This document shows positions 1 to 10,975 of a stretch of DNA of 64,000 nt, piece after piece (the first letter of the stretch is position 1; each line of letters opens with the position of its first letter). The stretch comes from Anaerovoracaceae bacterium (GTDB taxonomy: Bacteria > Bacillota > Clostridia > Peptostreptococcales > Anaerovoracaceae). The notes under the pieces were generated by a model, which was not told the origin of the DNA, ran no database searches, and was given only the letters and a program-made list of their open reading frames with translations. The translations under genes and the position numbers were made by a program. The stretch covers positions 30,399-94,398 of the forward strand of contig JBGSVW010000006.1 of NCBI GenBank assembly GCA_041752735.1. The letters run 5' to 3'.

Positions 1-1469
1 TCCAGGTCGTTTTCCCGCAGGGTGTTTCCTGTTTCAACGATATCTACAATCACATCGGACATGCCAAGGATAGGCGCAAGCTCAATACTGCCGTTGAGTT
101 TGATGATTTCAATGTCACGATTTTTTTCCATATAGTATTGTTTAGCGATGTTGACATACTTGGTGGCAATCCGTAGGGTTTTGTCCGTGTCTTCCACATA
201 TCCTTTGGGTGCTGCCACGGCCATACGGCATTTTCCAACCCCCAGATCCATGAGTTCGTACACATCCGGTGTGCTTTCCATGAGAATATCCTTTCCCACA
301 ACCCCCACATCCGCCGCATTGTGTTCCACATAGACAGCGACATCACCGGGTTTCACCAATAGGTATCGAATTCCCAATTCTTTGTTTTCCAGAATCAGTT
401 TCCGGTTCTTGTCGTCAAAATCCGGGCATTCGTATCCTGCCTTGGCAAATATTTTGTACACCTGATTGCCCAGCCTGCCCTTTGGCAATGCCACGGTTAT
501 CATGTCCTTTTTCTTTTCTTTGACAGCAGTTCGTCCATTGATTTCGCTGAGTCGAGCCACTTCGTTTAGGTACAGGGCAAAGCCAATGGCTCCGGCGTTT
601 TTTCCGAATATTTTCATTGCTCGATCATACTGTCCGCCTGCCAGTACGTGACTGGGGAGGCCTTTGATGTATCCTTTAAAAATGATTCCATTATAATAGT
701 CGATGTCGTTGACCATGGAAAAATCCAATTGAAGCTTATCTCCACCTAATGCAAGCGCCAACGGTTCGCACAGGTTCGAAAGAGATTGGAGCAAGTCCCT
801 CATTTCTTGGTTCACAGCCAATTTCCCTGCGGCCTTGATGGTTTTGATTACGGGTCCGTGTAAGGCAGTCAGTTTGCAGAGAGCTTCCTTCTGGTCATCG
901 GTCAGTCCGGCTTCCTCTGAGACCTTGCAGATGCCGTCGGCGTTTTTGTTTCGGATAAGCCTTACCAGTCGAAAATATGTTGGCTCTGGTAGGTTCATGG
1001 TTTTAAGTAGCTCCAACGCGAAATCCATGTGGGAAAGTTCCATTACATACTCGTTACTTATGGTCTTAAGGGTTCGGCCGGCTAGGGTCAAGACTTCCAG
1101 CACTTCGGACTTCCCGATGTCGCCAAGAAACTCCAATCCCATCTGGCTGATTTCCATATAGTTCCGGCTTTCCTTGCTTTCCCTATAGACATTTTCTATA
1201 TAATAAAGCTTCTCCCCACAGTCGGGGGTCGCTTTGGTGTTTTTGATGATGCTTAAGGTCACATCTGGTTTGAGGGCTAATAGTCTTCCATCCAGATCAG
1301 TGAAAGTAATGACCTTGTCCGCGCCAAGAAAATCCTTGTTGGCTGCATACAGGCTATACTCTTCGAATTTGCTCATCTTGTATTTTTTGTAACCGGCCTC
1401 TTCAAAGACCCCTCTTAGTTTCAGAGTTGCGATCTCTTCCGGTCTTAAGTTAGCTGTTGTCAGGTTCAT
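1..1469 (-). CDS. hisZG: HisZ (ATP phosphoribosyltransferase regulatory subunit) fused in frame to short-form HisG catalytic subunit; C-terminus runs off the left edge
   Basis: Own translation from ATG 1469..1467 gives MNLTTANLRPEEIATLKLRGVFEEAGYKKYKMSKFEEY...DYYNGIIFKGY, a HisRS-like HisZ. It reads through ...AVKEKKKD into MITVALPKGRLGNQVYKIFAKAGY...VETGNTLREN (HisG, Met codon 503..501) with no stop. It is absent from the ORF track because there is no stop inside the window. Confidence 0.8.
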   Translation of the reverse strand, partial: MNLTTANLRPEEIATLKLRGVFEEAGYKKYKMSKFEEYSLYAANKDFLGADKVITFTDLDGRLLALKPDVTLSIIKNTKATPDCGEKLYYIENVYRESKESRNYMEISQMGLEFLGDIGKSEVLEVLTLAGRTLKTISNEYVMELSHMDFALELLKTMNLPEPTYFRLVRLIRNKNADGICKVSEEAGLTDDQKEALCKLTALHGPVIKTIKAAGKLAVNQEMRDLLQSLSNLCEPLALALGGDKLQLDFSMVNDIDYYNGIIFKGYIKGLPSHVLAGGQYDRAMKIFGKNAGAIGFALYLNEVARLSEINGRTAVKEKKKDMITVALPKGRLGNQVYKIFAKAGYECPDFDDKNRKLILENKELGIRYLLVKPGDVAVYVEHNAADVGVVGKDILMESTPDVYELMDLGVGKCRMAVAAPKGYVEDTDKTLRIATKYVNIAKQYYMEKNRDIEIIKLNGSIELAPILGMSDVIVDIVETGNTLRENDL

Positions 1470-1666
1470 GGCGTTCTTTGCCCTTTCATACTCTACTTCT
1501 CTAATGCTTTATTGCGTTAAACTGCTACATCACACAAGTGGTATTATAACATATTTCTTTTTGCTGTAAACTCTTTTTTTACCATTATATAAACTTCGGA
1601 GCATTTTTGTGATAAAATATGAAAAAACATATTCTTATTTTAATGAAATTTATGGAGAGGTTTATT

Positions 1667-2011
1667 ATGGATTTTTTCTTTTGGACACCGTTAGTATCAC
1701 TTTTTGCCCTATTGTTCGCCATTGCAATCCCGATTGTAATCATCGTGGTGGTGATTGTGTGGATTTTAAGCCACCGGGACAACATGGAAAAAACCGGCAA
1801 CACAACCGGAGAAACCAGAAAGTTGTATAAATCTGACACGGATAAAATGCTTGCCGGCGTTTGCGGCGGCATCGCTGAGTATTTCCGCATCGATTCCACC
1901 CTGGTCAGAATTGGTCTGGTCTTTTTCACTTTCTGCGGAGGCAGCGGCATTTTACTTTATATCATCGCACTCATTGCCATGCCCCACAGACCTAGCCCTA
2001 CGGCAGTATAG
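1667..2011 (+). CDS. PspC domain-containing membrane protein
   Basis: KLYKSDTDKMLAGVCGGIAEYFRIDSTLVRIGLVFFTFCGGSGILLYIIALIAMP matches the PspC domain. I moved the start from 1619 to the Met preceded by GGAGAGG. Confidence 0.75.
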   Translation: MDFFFWTPLVSLFALLFAIAIPIVIIVVVIVWILSHRDNMEKTGNTTGETRKLYKSDTDKMLAGVCGGIAEYFRIDSTLVRIGLVFFTFCGGSGILLYIIALIAMPHRPSPTAV

Positions 2012-2052
2012 CACGGTCCCATCATCACCCATCCTTACATCGGAGGTGTAAT

Positions 2053-3708
2053 ATGAGAATTATTGTAATCGGCGCTGTTGCTGGTGGCACATCTGCTGCT
2101 GCCAAGGCTCGACGAAATCTGGAAGACGCTGAGATCGTCATCTATGAAAAAGATTCCTTTATCTCATATTCTGGTTGCAGTATGCCCTATTTCATTGGTG
2201 GTGTGATTCCCAATCGTGGAGATCTGTCACCTCGGGATCCACAATTCTTTAAAGGGAAATATAATGTGGACGTCAAAATAGGCCATGAAGTTCTGACCAT
2301 TGATTCTGCATCCAAATCCCTTCAAATAAAGGAACTGGCAACCGGCAAAGTTTTTACCGACAAGTATGACAAGTTGATTTTATCTACCGGAGCAAATGCA
2401 TGGGTTCCACCTATCGTTGGTGCCGACTCTCCCCATGTCTTTACCTTACGTACCCTGACGGATATGGATCGGATTGTGGCTTTTATCGAAAAGGCGCAGC
2501 CAAAAAATGCAGTCATCATCGGAACCGGCTTCATCGGTCTTGAATGTTGCGAAAACTTTTCACATCTGGGTATGACTGTAACGATGATTGAAAAACTACC
2601 TAGTGTGGCGCCTAATATGGATGCAGATGTGGGCGTTCTAATTCAAGATCATCTCGCTGAAAAGCACGTCAAAGTATATACCAATGCAGGGACCGCAGCC
2701 ATTGAACCGTCTCAAGTCCGTTTAGATGACGGTACGGTCATTCCCGCAGAGTTGGTCATCGTGTCAACGGGAATTAAACCTGAAGTTACTCTTGCCAAGG
2801 CGGCTGGTGTGGAACTTGGCCCAACAGGAGCCATTTCTGTTACGCCATCCATGGAAACTAGTATCCCGGATATTTATGCCTGTGGCGACTGCTCGGAACA
2901 ATATCACATCATTACAGGCAAACCGGTATGGCGTCCACTGGGATCCACCGCCAACAAAACCGGCCGTATTGCAGGGGATGTGGCCTCAGGTGGAGACTTG
3001 GCCTTTCGGGGGATCTTGGGCACCGGGATATTTAAAGTCTTTGATCTGGCTGTGGCCATGACCGGTTTGACAGAACGGGATGCCCTTACCGAAGGGTATG
3101 ATGTGGAGGTCTGTCACAATATCAAAAGCAATAAGCCCGAAAATATGGGTGGGCAGGACATGCTCATCAAAGCCATCGCTGACCGGGCAACCGGCAAAAT
3201 GCTGGGTGTTCAAATTGTAGGCAGAGATGGTGTGGATAAACGGATAGATGTGTTCGCCACCGCATTGACTTATGGTGCGCTGGCAGAAGATTTATTCCAT
3301 TTGGATCTAGCCTATTCCCCGCCTTTTTCCAATACCAAGGATCCGGTTATGTATACCGGGATGATTTTGGACAACGCCATAAACAAAGGGCGGAAGTTAA
3401 TGCTCCCCAAAGATCTGATAAAAGCTCAAGCGTCCGGGCAGAAAGTCCAAATTGTCGATACCCGACCTGTTACTCAATTTGATGAAGACCATTTGGATAC
3501 TGCCATTAGCATCCCCCACGAACAAATCCGTGATGTTCTAGTGTCAGAAACTGCGTTGGACAAGGAGGCCCTCACTGTCACCTACTGCAACAAGGGAATC
3601 ACCGGAAATGCAGTCCAAAATATTTTATTGAACAAAGGATTCAAAAACGTCGCCAACTTGTCAGGTGGTCATAAGAACTTCCGGGCATCAAGCAAAAAAA
3701 CGAAATAG
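2053..3708 (+). CDS. CoA-disulfide reductase / NADH oxidase family flavoprotein with C-terminal rhodanese domain
   Basis: It has an IVIGAVAGGTSAA FAD fold, a redox Cys in SYSGCSMPYFIGG and a second dinucleotide fold GTGFIGLE. The C-terminal VTYCNKGITG...LSGGHKNF is a rhodanese-type loop. Confidence 0.85.
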   Translation: MRIIVIGAVAGGTSAAAKARRNLEDAEIVIYEKDSFISYSGCSMPYFIGGVIPNRGDLSPRDPQFFKGKYNVDVKIGHEVLTIDSASKSLQIKELATGKVFTDKYDKLILSTGANAWVPPIVGADSPHVFTLRTLTDMDRIVAFIEKAQPKNAVIIGTGFIGLECCENFSHLGMTVTMIEKLPSVAPNMDADVGVLIQDHLAEKHVKVYTNAGTAAIEPSQVRLDDGTVIPAELVIVSTGIKPEVTLAKAAGVELGPTGAISVTPSMETSIPDIYACGDCSEQYHIITGKPVWRPLGSTANKTGRIAGDVASGGDLAFRGILGTGIFKVFDLAVAMTGLTERDALTEGYDVEVCHNIKSNKPENMGGQDMLIKAIADRATGKMLGVQIVGRDGVDKRIDVFATALTYGALAEDLFHLDLAYSPPFSNTKDPVMYTGMILDNAINKGRKLMLPKDLIKAQASGQKVQIVDTRPVTQFDEDHLDTAISIPHEQIRDVLVSETALDKEALTVTYCNKGITGNAVQNILLNKGFKNVANLSGGHKNFRASSKKTK

Positions 3709-3762
3709 CATTGCTGTAATTCATCGGCGAAAGTCCATATTGCATGGCATTACTTATAAAAC

Positions 3763-3793
3763 AAAACCCCCTCAGGTCAACCTGAGGGGGTTT
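3763..3793. terminator. bidirectional intrinsic terminator between convergent genes
   Basis: CCCCCTCAGG-tcaa-CCTGAGGGGG is a perfect 10-bp hairpin (3767-3790) flanked by an A-run and a T-run. Confidence 0.8.
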
Positions 3794-3803
3794 AAAATTG
3801 CAT

Positions 3804-4739
3804 TTACTTGTTGGCAATCAGTTTATATGTTTCTCCGATTACTTCCGCTATGGTCACCACCATAATGATGATAAAAATGATTTTAAAACCTAGCAACCCG
3901 GTGTCTTGGAGATAAAGTCCATTATCTGATAACATCACTCCAAACAACGCAACAGTGGCCAGCTCTTTGGTCAGTAAGAATAAGCGAAGCCGTTTGGTAA
4001 TTTCCCGGGTCTTAATTAGGAGAAAATCGTAGATTATATCTAGCACATACAAGAGCGTTAAGACCAGCACGTACATTGAAAAGACTTGGATATTGATCGT
4101 ATGCTGCACAGGGATGCCCACGGAAAATGCTTCTTCCGCCATGGTCACAACCTGGGGATAAACGTTGAGCAATACAATAAAGATGGTACTGAAAAACAGC
4201 TCTGCTATGATTCCGGGTAAGGATACCTTTTGATTTCCCACTTGAATTTGATCCAACTCTTTGATGGTCCAGTTTTCGTCCAGGTTAATGACGTTTTCTT
4301 TGGCATATCGGGTTATCAGTATGAAGACTAATGTCAAGCCACCCACGCCACCTATGAAGGCGCTGCAGATCCGAACCGGCACTGTCAGAATAGCTGAGAC
4401 CAATGCCATGCCCTCCGGTTGCTCTGCCAACAACTCGACGGCAAAGACTACGACAAAGGCAATGGCTAGAGCACCCGCAATAATTTTCATTATCATAAAG
4501 TATAAATCATAGTAGCCCATCCCAATGACGTAGCGATTTTCTGTGTAACGAGCTGCCACTTCCCGAGGTGAGCCGAATCCGGTAATCACCTTTTCAACTT
4601 GCTCAGCGTTGGGCTCTGGACCGTATTCTGTTTCGATTTGATCCATCAGCAAGGATTTTAGTTCTTCTTTGATGTCCTGCCTGTTTTTGTAAGGCAAATG
4701 CATGCCAATTGCGTATATGTACGTCTCCAATAGTTTCAT
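3804..4739 (-). CDS. PadR-associated polytopic membrane protein (HAAS/DUF1700-like N-terminal domain)
   Basis: The 311-aa ORF lies 13 nt downstream of a PadR gene. The soluble N-terminus MKLLETYIYAIGMHLPYKNRQDIKEELKSLLMDQIE is followed by several hydrophobic helices. The function is inferred from this pairing. Confidence 0.6.
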   Translation of the reverse strand: MKLLETYIYAIGMHLPYKNRQDIKEELKSLLMDQIETEYGPEPNAEQVEKVITGFGSPREVAARYTENRYVIGMGYYDLYFMIMKIIAGALAIAFVVVFAVELLAEQPEGMALVSAILTVPVRICSAFIGGVGGLTLVFILITRYAKENVINLDENWTIKELDQIQVGNQKVSLPGIIAELFFSTIFIVLLNVYPQVVTMAEEAFSVGIPVQHTINIQVFSMYVLVLTLLYVLDIIYDFLLIKTREITKRLRLFLLTKELATVALFGVMLSDNGLYLQDTGLLGFKIIFIIIMVVTIAEVIGETYKLIANK

Positions 4740-4752
4740 TTTCTTTCTCCCT

Positions 4753-5097
4753 TCAACGGTTTGATATCATTGTTTCGATTACTATGTTGGTTTTTTGCCA
4801 TTCTTTGATTAGCTCATCCAGGATTTCTCTGCCGGTATCACTAATTTTGTAGTATTTCCGGGGTCTGGCCTCAGTTGTATCCCATTCGCTTGACAGGAGT
4901 CCCTGTTTTTCCAAACGTCGCAGTAAGGGGTACAACGTGTTTTGATCGATGGATACGCCGGCCTCCTGTAGCTGGTTAATGAGGGAATATCCGTATCCTG
5001 GTTGACTTGCATTTAGCAATACGATAAACACCAATGTCCCACGATTTAGCTCTTGCAGTAAATTCCCCAAAATAGTTTGCTTTTCTTTTTCACTCAT
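4753..5097 (-). CDS. PadR family transcriptional regulator
   Basis: GYGYSLINQLQEAGVSIDQNTLYPLLRRLEKQGLLSSEWDTTEARPRKYYKISDTGREIL is a classic PadR winged helix. Confidence 0.9.
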   Translation of the reverse strand: MSEKEKQTILGNLLQELNRGTLVFIVLLNASQPGYGYSLINQLQEAGVSIDQNTLYPLLRRLEKQGLLSSEWDTTEARPRKYYKISDTGREILDELIKEWQKTNIVIETMISNR

Positions 5098-5125
5098 TTC
5101 ATCGCCTCCTGTTCTTCATGATTGT

Positions 5126-5155
5126 ATTATAGTGTGTATCACACAGCATTGTCAA
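5126..5155 (-). promoter_or_regulatory. sigma-A type promoter of the PadR operon with overlapping palindrome (candidate PadR operator)
   Basis: On the minus strand, TTGACA (5155..5150) is followed by an 18-nt spacer and TATAAT (5131..5126). The spacer contains the GTGTG-TAT-CACAC dyad (5132-5144). Confidence 0.55.
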
Positions 5156-5193
5156 TACCATAATATTAATTTTTTTAATTTATTTTTTGTGAG

Positions 5194-5232
5194 CAAAAAA
5201 GCACCTCCGATAGTGTCCGCCACCGGGGTGCT
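5194..5232 (-). terminator. intrinsic terminator downstream of the MerR-family gene
   Basis: An AGCACC...GGTGCT hairpin is followed by a T6 run when read on the minus strand. Confidence 0.6.
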
Positions 5233-5280
5233 TCATTGTTGTAATTGATTCTTATAATATTTGGGTTGGGGGGTGCCCCT

Positions 5281-6084
5281 TTACTTTGAAATCGGGATCT
5301 GCAGTTCTGTCAGCCAGTCCGCTTCATTTTGTTTGTTCCAAATGCCGTCGATGTAGTTCTCCCTCGGGTTGTCGGCAATCTGGTACCCGTTCTTTTCAAT
5401 CCAGTCGAAGGCGTAACCGTAGGCATCCCGCAAGTCACTGTAAGGTCCTTTGTGCATGACTGAAACCACGGTTACCGGTGGCATTTCTTTGAATACGATG
5501 TCATCGAAGTTTCCTTTTGCTTCGGCCACCGCTTCGCAAAATTCCACGTTGATGTCTTCTTCTTTGTACTCTTCATCCAAGTATGCGATAAAGCAATATT
5601 CCGGGGATGCGCACTTCAGATCCGGATACTTTTCCATGACCTTGACGCCGATTTCGGGGATTAGATCAAAGTACGCGTCATAGTTGGGCACCGTCATAAC
5701 CTTTGAGTATACCGTGCATGATGGGATTTCTTTGATTGTTGCCTGATAATTCATATTTTCTACCTCCAGTCCGGATAACAAATAGTTTATTCTGGAGAGT
5801 TTCCGTTTCAATTCGTCCATTTCCGCTATCACCTCGTGCCGATGTTGTTCCAACACAAACTGACGGTCGAAACCGGACAAAACCAGCATGGTTTCAGAAA
5901 TTGGCAGGCCAACCTGCCGGAGGGACTGGATGTTGTGCAACTCAAGAAGCTGCTTGGTGGAATACATCCGGTATCCGGTGCTCTCATCTACACGATCGGG
6001 CTTTAGAAGTCCCACTTCATCGTAATATCTGAGGGTTTTGACCGTTACTTTTCCGATTTTTGAAAACTCGCCGATTCGGTACAT
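5281..6084 (-). CDS. MerR family transcriptional regulator with C-terminal GyrI-like effector-binding domain (BmrR-like)
   Basis: MYRIGEFSKIGKVTVKTLRYYDEVGLLKPDRVDESTGYRMYS is a MerR HTH. I set the start at the Met preceded by AAGGAGAG, because the 6147 start of the ORF track would cover the promoter. Confidence 0.85.
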   Translation of the reverse strand: MYRIGEFSKIGKVTVKTLRYYDEVGLLKPDRVDESTGYRMYSTKQLLELHNIQSLRQVGLPISETMLVLSGFDRQFVLEQHRHEVIAEMDELKRKLSRINYLLSGLEVENMNYQATIKEIPSCTVYSKVMTVPNYDAYFDLIPEIGVKVMEKYPDLKCASPEYCFIAYLDEEYKEEDINVEFCEAVAEAKGNFDDIVFKEMPPVTVVSVMHKGPYSDLRDAYGYAFDWIEKNGYQIADNPRENYIDGIWNKQNEADWLTELQIPISK

Positions 6085-6109
6085 GAAATCTCTCCTTGCT
6101 TCTATTGTC

Positions 6110-6140
6110 ATTCTGAACCCTCCCCCGACGGGAGTGTCAA
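6110..6140 (-). promoter_or_regulatory. MerR-type promoter with 19-bp spacer and internal dyad
   Basis: On the minus strand, TTGACA (6140..6135) is followed by the 19-nt spacer CTCCCGTCGGGGGAGGGTT, which contains a CTCCC/GGGAG dyad, and then CAGAAT (6115..6110). A 19-bp spacer is the hallmark of MerR-controlled promoters. Confidence 0.55.
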
Positions 6141-6315
6141 TAGGCAAAAATGTAATTCTATTTCTGACTGATTTTTATGACAGATTGTTCCTATAATATA
6201 TCATAAAGGGGCGAACTTATAAATATGCCCCTCTATACTCCTTGAAAGCCTCACCTACATTGTGCGTATAACATAACTACCGCCCTTGTTTTTTGTGTGT
6301 TGCACACAAATTTGC

Positions 6316-6344
6316 TTGACGAAACCGCCTTTTTCATATATACT
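6316..6344 (+). promoter_or_regulatory. sigma-A promoter of the leu-pheA operon
   Basis: TTGACG (6316-6321) is followed by a 17-nt spacer and TATACT (6339-6344). It lies about 50 nt upstream of the leuA ATG. Confidence 0.55.
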
Positions 6345-6393
6345 CTCCATAATCGAGGCGAGGTTTCACTTGCCCACAGAAAGGATATCGGAC

Positions 6394-8109
6394 ATGAAGA
6401 ATTCTAGTAAATCTGGCAAATACGGCGTCAGCTACTATATGCCTCCAAAATGGAACGCCTCCTGGGTACAAAAGGAGTATATCGACAACGCACCCCTATG
6501 GTGCAGCGTTGACCTACGAGACGGAAATCAGGCTCTCATCGTTCCAATGACCCTGGAGCAAAAACTGGAGTTCTTTACTTTTTTGGTCGAACTGGGTTTC
6601 AAACAAATCGAAGTGGGTTTTCCCGCCGCATCGGACACCGAGTACCAATTCTTGCGAGCGCTAATTGAAAAAAATCTGGTACCTGATGACGTACAGCTTC
6701 AAGTACTGACCCAGTCACGAACCCACATCATCAAAAAAACCTTTGATGCCCTGGTGGGTGCCAAGAATGCCATCGTCCACCTGTATAATTCCACCTCAGT
6801 GGCTCAGCGGGAGCAGGTCTTCCGTGCCTCCAAAGAAGAGATCATCGACATTGCCATCAAAGGCGCTAAGCAAATCAAAAAGACCGCGGAGAAGTATCCT
6901 GAAACGAAGTTTCAGTTTGAGTACTCCCCCGAGAGTTTCACCGGCACTGAGCCGGAATTTGCGTTGGAAATTTGCAACGCCGTCATTGATGTTTGGCAAC
7001 CTACAGCGGATTGCAAAGTCATTATCAACTTGCCCAGCACGGTGCAGATGTCCATGCCTCATGTGTATGCTACACAAATCCAATATATGAACGATAATCT
7101 ACACAATCGGGAGAACGTGCTGATTTCCCTTCATCCCCACAATGACCGGGGTACCGGTGTTGCAGATGCGGAGCTGGGGCTTCTGGCCGGCGCAGACCGA
7201 GTGGAAGGAACCCTCTTCGGTAACGGCGAACGAACAGGCAACGTAGATATCATCACCCTAGCACTGAATATGTACACCCACGGGGTTGACCCGGGGCTCA
7301 ATCTATATGACATGCCACGGATTGTGGCTATGAGCGAGAAATTTACCGACATTAAAGTCCATCCCCGGCAGCCCTACGGCGGCCAGCTGGTATTTGCCGC
7401 ATTCTCCGGTTCCCACCAAGATGCCATCGCCAAAGGCATGGCGTATCGATCCGAAAACAGTCTCCATCGTTGGGCGGTTCCCTATCTTCCCATTGATCCA
7501 ACTGATTTGGGCAGGGAATACGAGGCGGATGTAATCCGAATCAACAGCCAGTCCGGCAAAGGCGGCGTGGCCTTTGTGCTGGAATACAACTTTGGCTACA
7601 TCATTCCACTGAAGATGCGAGAAGAACTGGGTTATATGATCAAGGACATCTCCGACAAAACCCACAAGGAACTAGCCCCTAAAGAAATCCACAAGCACTT
7701 CACCAAAGAATATGTCAATCGTTTCTCACCTCTGGATATCCAGGATGCCACCTACAAAAAGAGCGCGGACATCAAGAAAAGCAGCACCTTTGATGTAGAC
7801 TTGAAAGTCCATCTCTTTGGAGATCATTACGAATTACATGGCGTGGGCAATGGCCGTCTGGATGCAGTCCGCAACGCTTTGAACAATAGTCCATATACCT
7901 TCGATTACACCTTTGTCACCTATTCGGAACATGCGTTGGAATCGGATTCCAACTCCCGTGCCGTGGCCTATGTCGCCATAGCCGACAAAGAAGAAAACGT
8001 TTTCTGGGGTGTAGGGCTTCACGAAGACATCGTCTTCGCATCCATTAACGCACTGGTCAGCGCCATTAACCGGATGACCGAAAAACACACAATGCAGGAG
8101 GAAAAATAA
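6394..8109 (+). CDS. leuA: 2-isopropylmalate synthase (long form)
   Basis: Matches include [14 protein letters not shown] and [11 protein letters not shown], plus a C-terminal LeuA dimerisation/regulatory region. The start is the Met after AAAGGA; the TTG at 6286 was rejected. Confidence 0.9.
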   Translation: MKNSSKSGKYGVSYYMPPKWNASWVQKEYIDNAPLWCSVDLRDGNQALIVPMTLEQKLEFFTFLVELGFKQIEVGFPAASDTEYQFLRALIEKNLVPDDVQLQVLTQSRTHIIKKTFDALVGAKNAIVHLYNSTSVAQREQVFRASKEEIIDIAIKGAKQIKKTAEKYPETKFQFEYSPESFTGTEPEFALEICNAVIDVWQPTADCKVIINLPSTVQMSMPHVYATQIQYMNDNLHNRENVLISLHPHNDRGTGVADAELGLLAGADRVEGTLFGNGERTGNVDIITLALNMYTHGVDPGLNLYDMPRIVAMSEKFTDIKVHPRQPYGGQLVFAAFSGSHQDAIAKGMAYRSENSLHRWAVPYLPIDPTDLGREYEADVIRINSQSGKGGVAFVLEYNFGYIIPLKMREELGYMIKDISDKTHKELAPKEIHKHFTKEYVNRFSPLDIQDATYKKSADIKKSSTFDVDLKVHLFGDHYELHGVGNGRLDAVRNALNNSPYTFDYTFVTYSEHALESDSNSRAVAYVAIADKEENVFWGVGLHEDIVFASINALVSAINRMTEKHTMQEEK

Positions 8110-9392
8110 TGGCAATGACCATGACACAAAAAATATTAGCTGCCAAAGCAGGCCTTTCCCATGTTACCCCGGGACAATTGATCCGGGTGAAGCTGGATTT
8201 GGTGTTGGGCAACGACATTACCTCACCGGTAGCCATCAACGAATTCAACAAGGGCGGATTTACCCAGGTATTTGATAAGGACAAAATCGCCCTGGTCATG
8301 GACCACTTCACCCCCAACAAAGACATCAAGGCTGCCGAGCAATGCAAGCAGTGCCGAACCTTTGCTGGTGATCTTCAGATTTCCAATTTCTTTGATGTGG
8401 GCCAAATGGGCATTGAGCACGTATTGCTTCCCGAAAAAGGACTGGTGGTTGCCGGAGACTGTGTCATTGGCGCCGACTCCCACACCTGCACCTATGGCGC
8501 GTTAGGCGCGTTTTCCACCGGAGTGGGAAGCACGGACATGGCCGTAGGCATGGCCACCGGGGAAGCCTGGTTCAAAGTGCCTTCAGCCCTGCGATTCCGA
8601 CTGACCGGTTCCCTGCCCCCCTATGTTGGCGGCAAGGATGTGATTCTTCATATCATCGGCATGATCGGCGTTGACGGCGCTTTGTATAAATCCATGGAGT
8701 TTACCGGCCCTGGTCTTGCTTCCCTGTCCATTGATGACCGACTTTGTATGTCCAACATGGCCATTGAAGCCGGCGCGAAGAATGGGATTTTCCCGGTGGA
8801 TGAAATCACCAAAGCGTATCTGGATCAACGATCTTCCCGGTCCTATACGGTCTACGAGGCAGATGCGGATGCGGAGTATGACGAAACCTTTGAAATCAAT
8901 CTATCGGAGATTCGTCCCACTGTGGCCTTCCCCCACCTGCCGGAAAACACAAAAACCATTGACGAAATCCGCAGCCTGGCGCAAGATATTGTTATAGACC
9001 AGGTGGTCATTGGCTCCTGTACCAACGGACGTTTGTCCGACATGGCAGAAGCGGCGGCCATCCTGAAGGAGCAAACGGTTTCCTCTCACGTCCGGACGAT
9101 TATCATTCCGGGCAGCCAGGAAGTGTACAAGCAGTGCATCGTCAAAGGCTATCTTGAGATTTTCGTCGATGCGGGTTGTGTGGTTTCCACCCCCACCTGC
9201 GGCCCCTGTCTGGGTGGTCACATGGGCATCCTAGCAGCCGGCGAACGTTGTGTTGCCACCACCAACCGGAACTTTGTGGGTCGGATGGGTCACGTGGAAT
9301 CAGAAATCTATCTGGCCGGACCTGCCATTGCAGCGGCTTCTGCCATTGCCGGAATCATCACAGCGCCCGGGGAGGTAACATCATGCAAGTAA
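8109..9392 (+). CDS. leuC: 3-isopropylmalate dehydratase large subunit
   Basis: It has aconitase-family motifs ([28 protein letters not shown]). The start overlaps the leuA stop (TAATG). Confidence 0.9.
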   Translation: MAMTMTQKILAAKAGLSHVTPGQLIRVKLDLVLGNDITSPVAINEFNKGGFTQVFDKDKIALVMDHFTPNKDIKAAEQCKQCRTFAGDLQISNFFDVGQMGIEHVLLPEKGLVVAGDCVIGADSHTCTYGALGAFSTGVGSTDMAVGMATGEAWFKVPSALRFRLTGSLPPYVGGKDVILHIIGMIGVDGALYKSMEFTGPGLASLSIDDRLCMSNMAIEAGAKNGIFPVDEITKAYLDQRSSRSYTVYEADADAEYDETFEINLSEIRPTVAFPHLPENTKTIDEIRSLAQDIVIDQVVIGSCTNGRLSDMAEAAAILKEQTVSSHVRTIIIPGSQEVYKQCIVKGYLEIFVDAGCVVSTPTCGPCLGGHMGILAAGERCVATTNRNFVGRMGHVESEIYLAGPAIAAASAIAGIITAPGEVTSCK

Positions 9393-9871
9393 AAGGATTT
9401 GCCCATCGATACGGAAACAATGTGGACACGGATGTGATTATCCCTGCCCGATATTTGAATACGTCCTCCCATGCCGAGCTAGCGCGCCACTGTATGGAAG
9501 ACATCGACCCGGAATTTGCCGCCAAAGTCAAAGACGGCGACTTGATCGTTGCCGGAGAAAACTTCGGGTGTGGGTCCTCCCGGGAACACGCCCCCATCGC
9601 CATCAAGGCCAGCGGGGTATCCTGTGTCATCGCCAAAAGCTTCGCCCGGATTTTTTATCGGAATGCCATCAACATTGGTCTTCCGATTATGGAATGTCCC
9701 GACGCTGCGGAAGCCATCAAGGCTGGCGACCTGATTGCCGTGGACTTTGATGCCGGCACCATTATCAACGAAACCCAGGGAACCTCCTATCAGGCGGAAC
9801 CTTTTCCATCGTTTATCCTGGATATCATCCGGGCAGGCGGTCTGATCAACAGCATCAAGGAGGTCAAATGA
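9383..9871 (+). CDS. leuD: 3-isopropylmalate dehydratase small subunit
   Basis: Matches are [25 protein letters not shown] and [14 protein letters not shown]. The ATG follows GGAGG. The 9176 start in the track is a spurious 5' extension inside leuC. Confidence 0.9.
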   Translation: MQVKGFAHRYGNNVDTDVIIPARYLNTSSHAELARHCMEDIDPEFAAKVKDGDLIVAGENFGCGSSREHAPIAIKASGVSCVIAKSFARIFYRNAINIGLPIMECPDAAEAIKAGDLIAVDFDAGTIINETQGTSYQAEPFPSFILDIIRAGGLINSIKEVK

Positions 9872-10974
9872 ATTACCAAATCGCAGCCATACCCGGCGAC
9901 GGTATTGGCCCTGAAGTAACCATGCAAGCCCTACGGGTTTTGCTGTCCGTCGGTGCTGTCTTTGGACACACCTTTACCATCGAATCCTATCCCGCCGGTG
10001 GCGCTGCCATTGACGAGACAGGGGAATGTCTTCCCGCCTCCACCATTGAAGGCTGCAAGGCAGCCGACGCAGTCCTCTTAGGCGCTGTAGGTGGAGACAA
10101 GTGGGATAGTCAGCCACTGGAAAATCGTCCTGAAACGGCATTGTTGGGACTACGAAAAGCCCTAGGACTTTATGCCAACATCCGTCCCGCCATTATGTTC
10201 GACCAATTGGCTGATGCCTGCCCGCTGAAGCCGGAGTTGGTAGCCGGTGGCATGGATCTAGTGGTGGTTCGGGAACTCATCGGTGGCATTTACTTTGGTG
10301 AAAAAGGCACAAAGCAAACCCCCATGGGTCTGGCCGGCTACGATGTTGAAATCTACGCCGAAGAAGAAGTCCGACGGATTGGCCGGGTCGCTTTTGAAAT
10401 GGCCATGAAACGAAATAAGAAAGTCACCAGCGTGGACAAAGCCAATGTTTTGGAAAGCTCCAGGCTGTGGCGTCGCGTCATGGAAGAGGTTGCCCTGGAA
10501 TATCCAGAAGTCACCTTATCCCATTTATATGTGGATAACGCCGCCATGCAATTGGTCATCCATCCCAAACAATTTGACGTGATTGTCACCGGCAACATGT
10601 TCGGGGACATTTTATCCGACGAGGCCTCCATGATTACCGGCTCCATCGGGATGCTACCCTCTGCCAGTCTGGCTGACAAAGGATTCGGCCTCTACGAACC
10701 GGTCCACGGATCGGCGCCGGACATTGCAGGTCTGAACATCGCCAATCCCATGGCTGCCATCTTATCGGTTGCCATGATGCTCAAATATAGCTTCGGTCTG
10801 ACTGCAGAAGCCGACAGCATCACCAACGCTGTGAAGGAAGTCCTTTCCATGGGCTACCGAACCACGGATTTGGCGCGAATTCCATCGGACTCCAATTACG
10901 CCACGGAACAAAAAATCCTGGGGACCCTGGAAATAGGTAGCCTTATTGCCGCCCGAATCAAAAAGGAGATATAA
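9868..10974 (+). CDS. leuB: 3-isopropylmalate dehydrogenase
   Basis: Matches are [23 protein letters not shown]-like [12 protein letters not shown] and GSAPDIAG. It has an ATGA overlap with leuD. Confidence 0.92.
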   Translation: MNYQIAAIPGDGIGPEVTMQALRVLLSVGAVFGHTFTIESYPAGGAAIDETGECLPASTIEGCKAADAVLLGAVGGDKWDSQPLENRPETALLGLRKALGLYANIRPAIMFDQLADACPLKPELVAGGMDLVVVRELIGGIYFGEKGTKQTPMGLAGYDVEIYAEEEVRRIGRVAFEMAMKRNKKVTSVDKANVLESSRLWRRVMEEVALEYPEVTLSHLYVDNAAMQLVIHPKQFDVIVTGNMFGDILSDEASMITGSIGMLPSASLADKGFGLYEPVHGSAPDIAGLNIANPMAAILSVAMMLKYSFGLTAEADSITNAVKEVLSMGYRTTDLARIPSDSNYATEQKILGTLEIGSLIAARIKKEI

Positions 10975-10975
10975 G

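Noticed and set aside
6150-6393. I looked for a Leu-rich leader peptide or T-box upstream of leuA, by analogy with the aro attenuator.
   Set aside because: No Leu-codon run, no terminator and no T-box sequence is present. Only a promoter and a 43-nt leader are visible. The same holds for the hisZG and hisD leaders, which have no His run.
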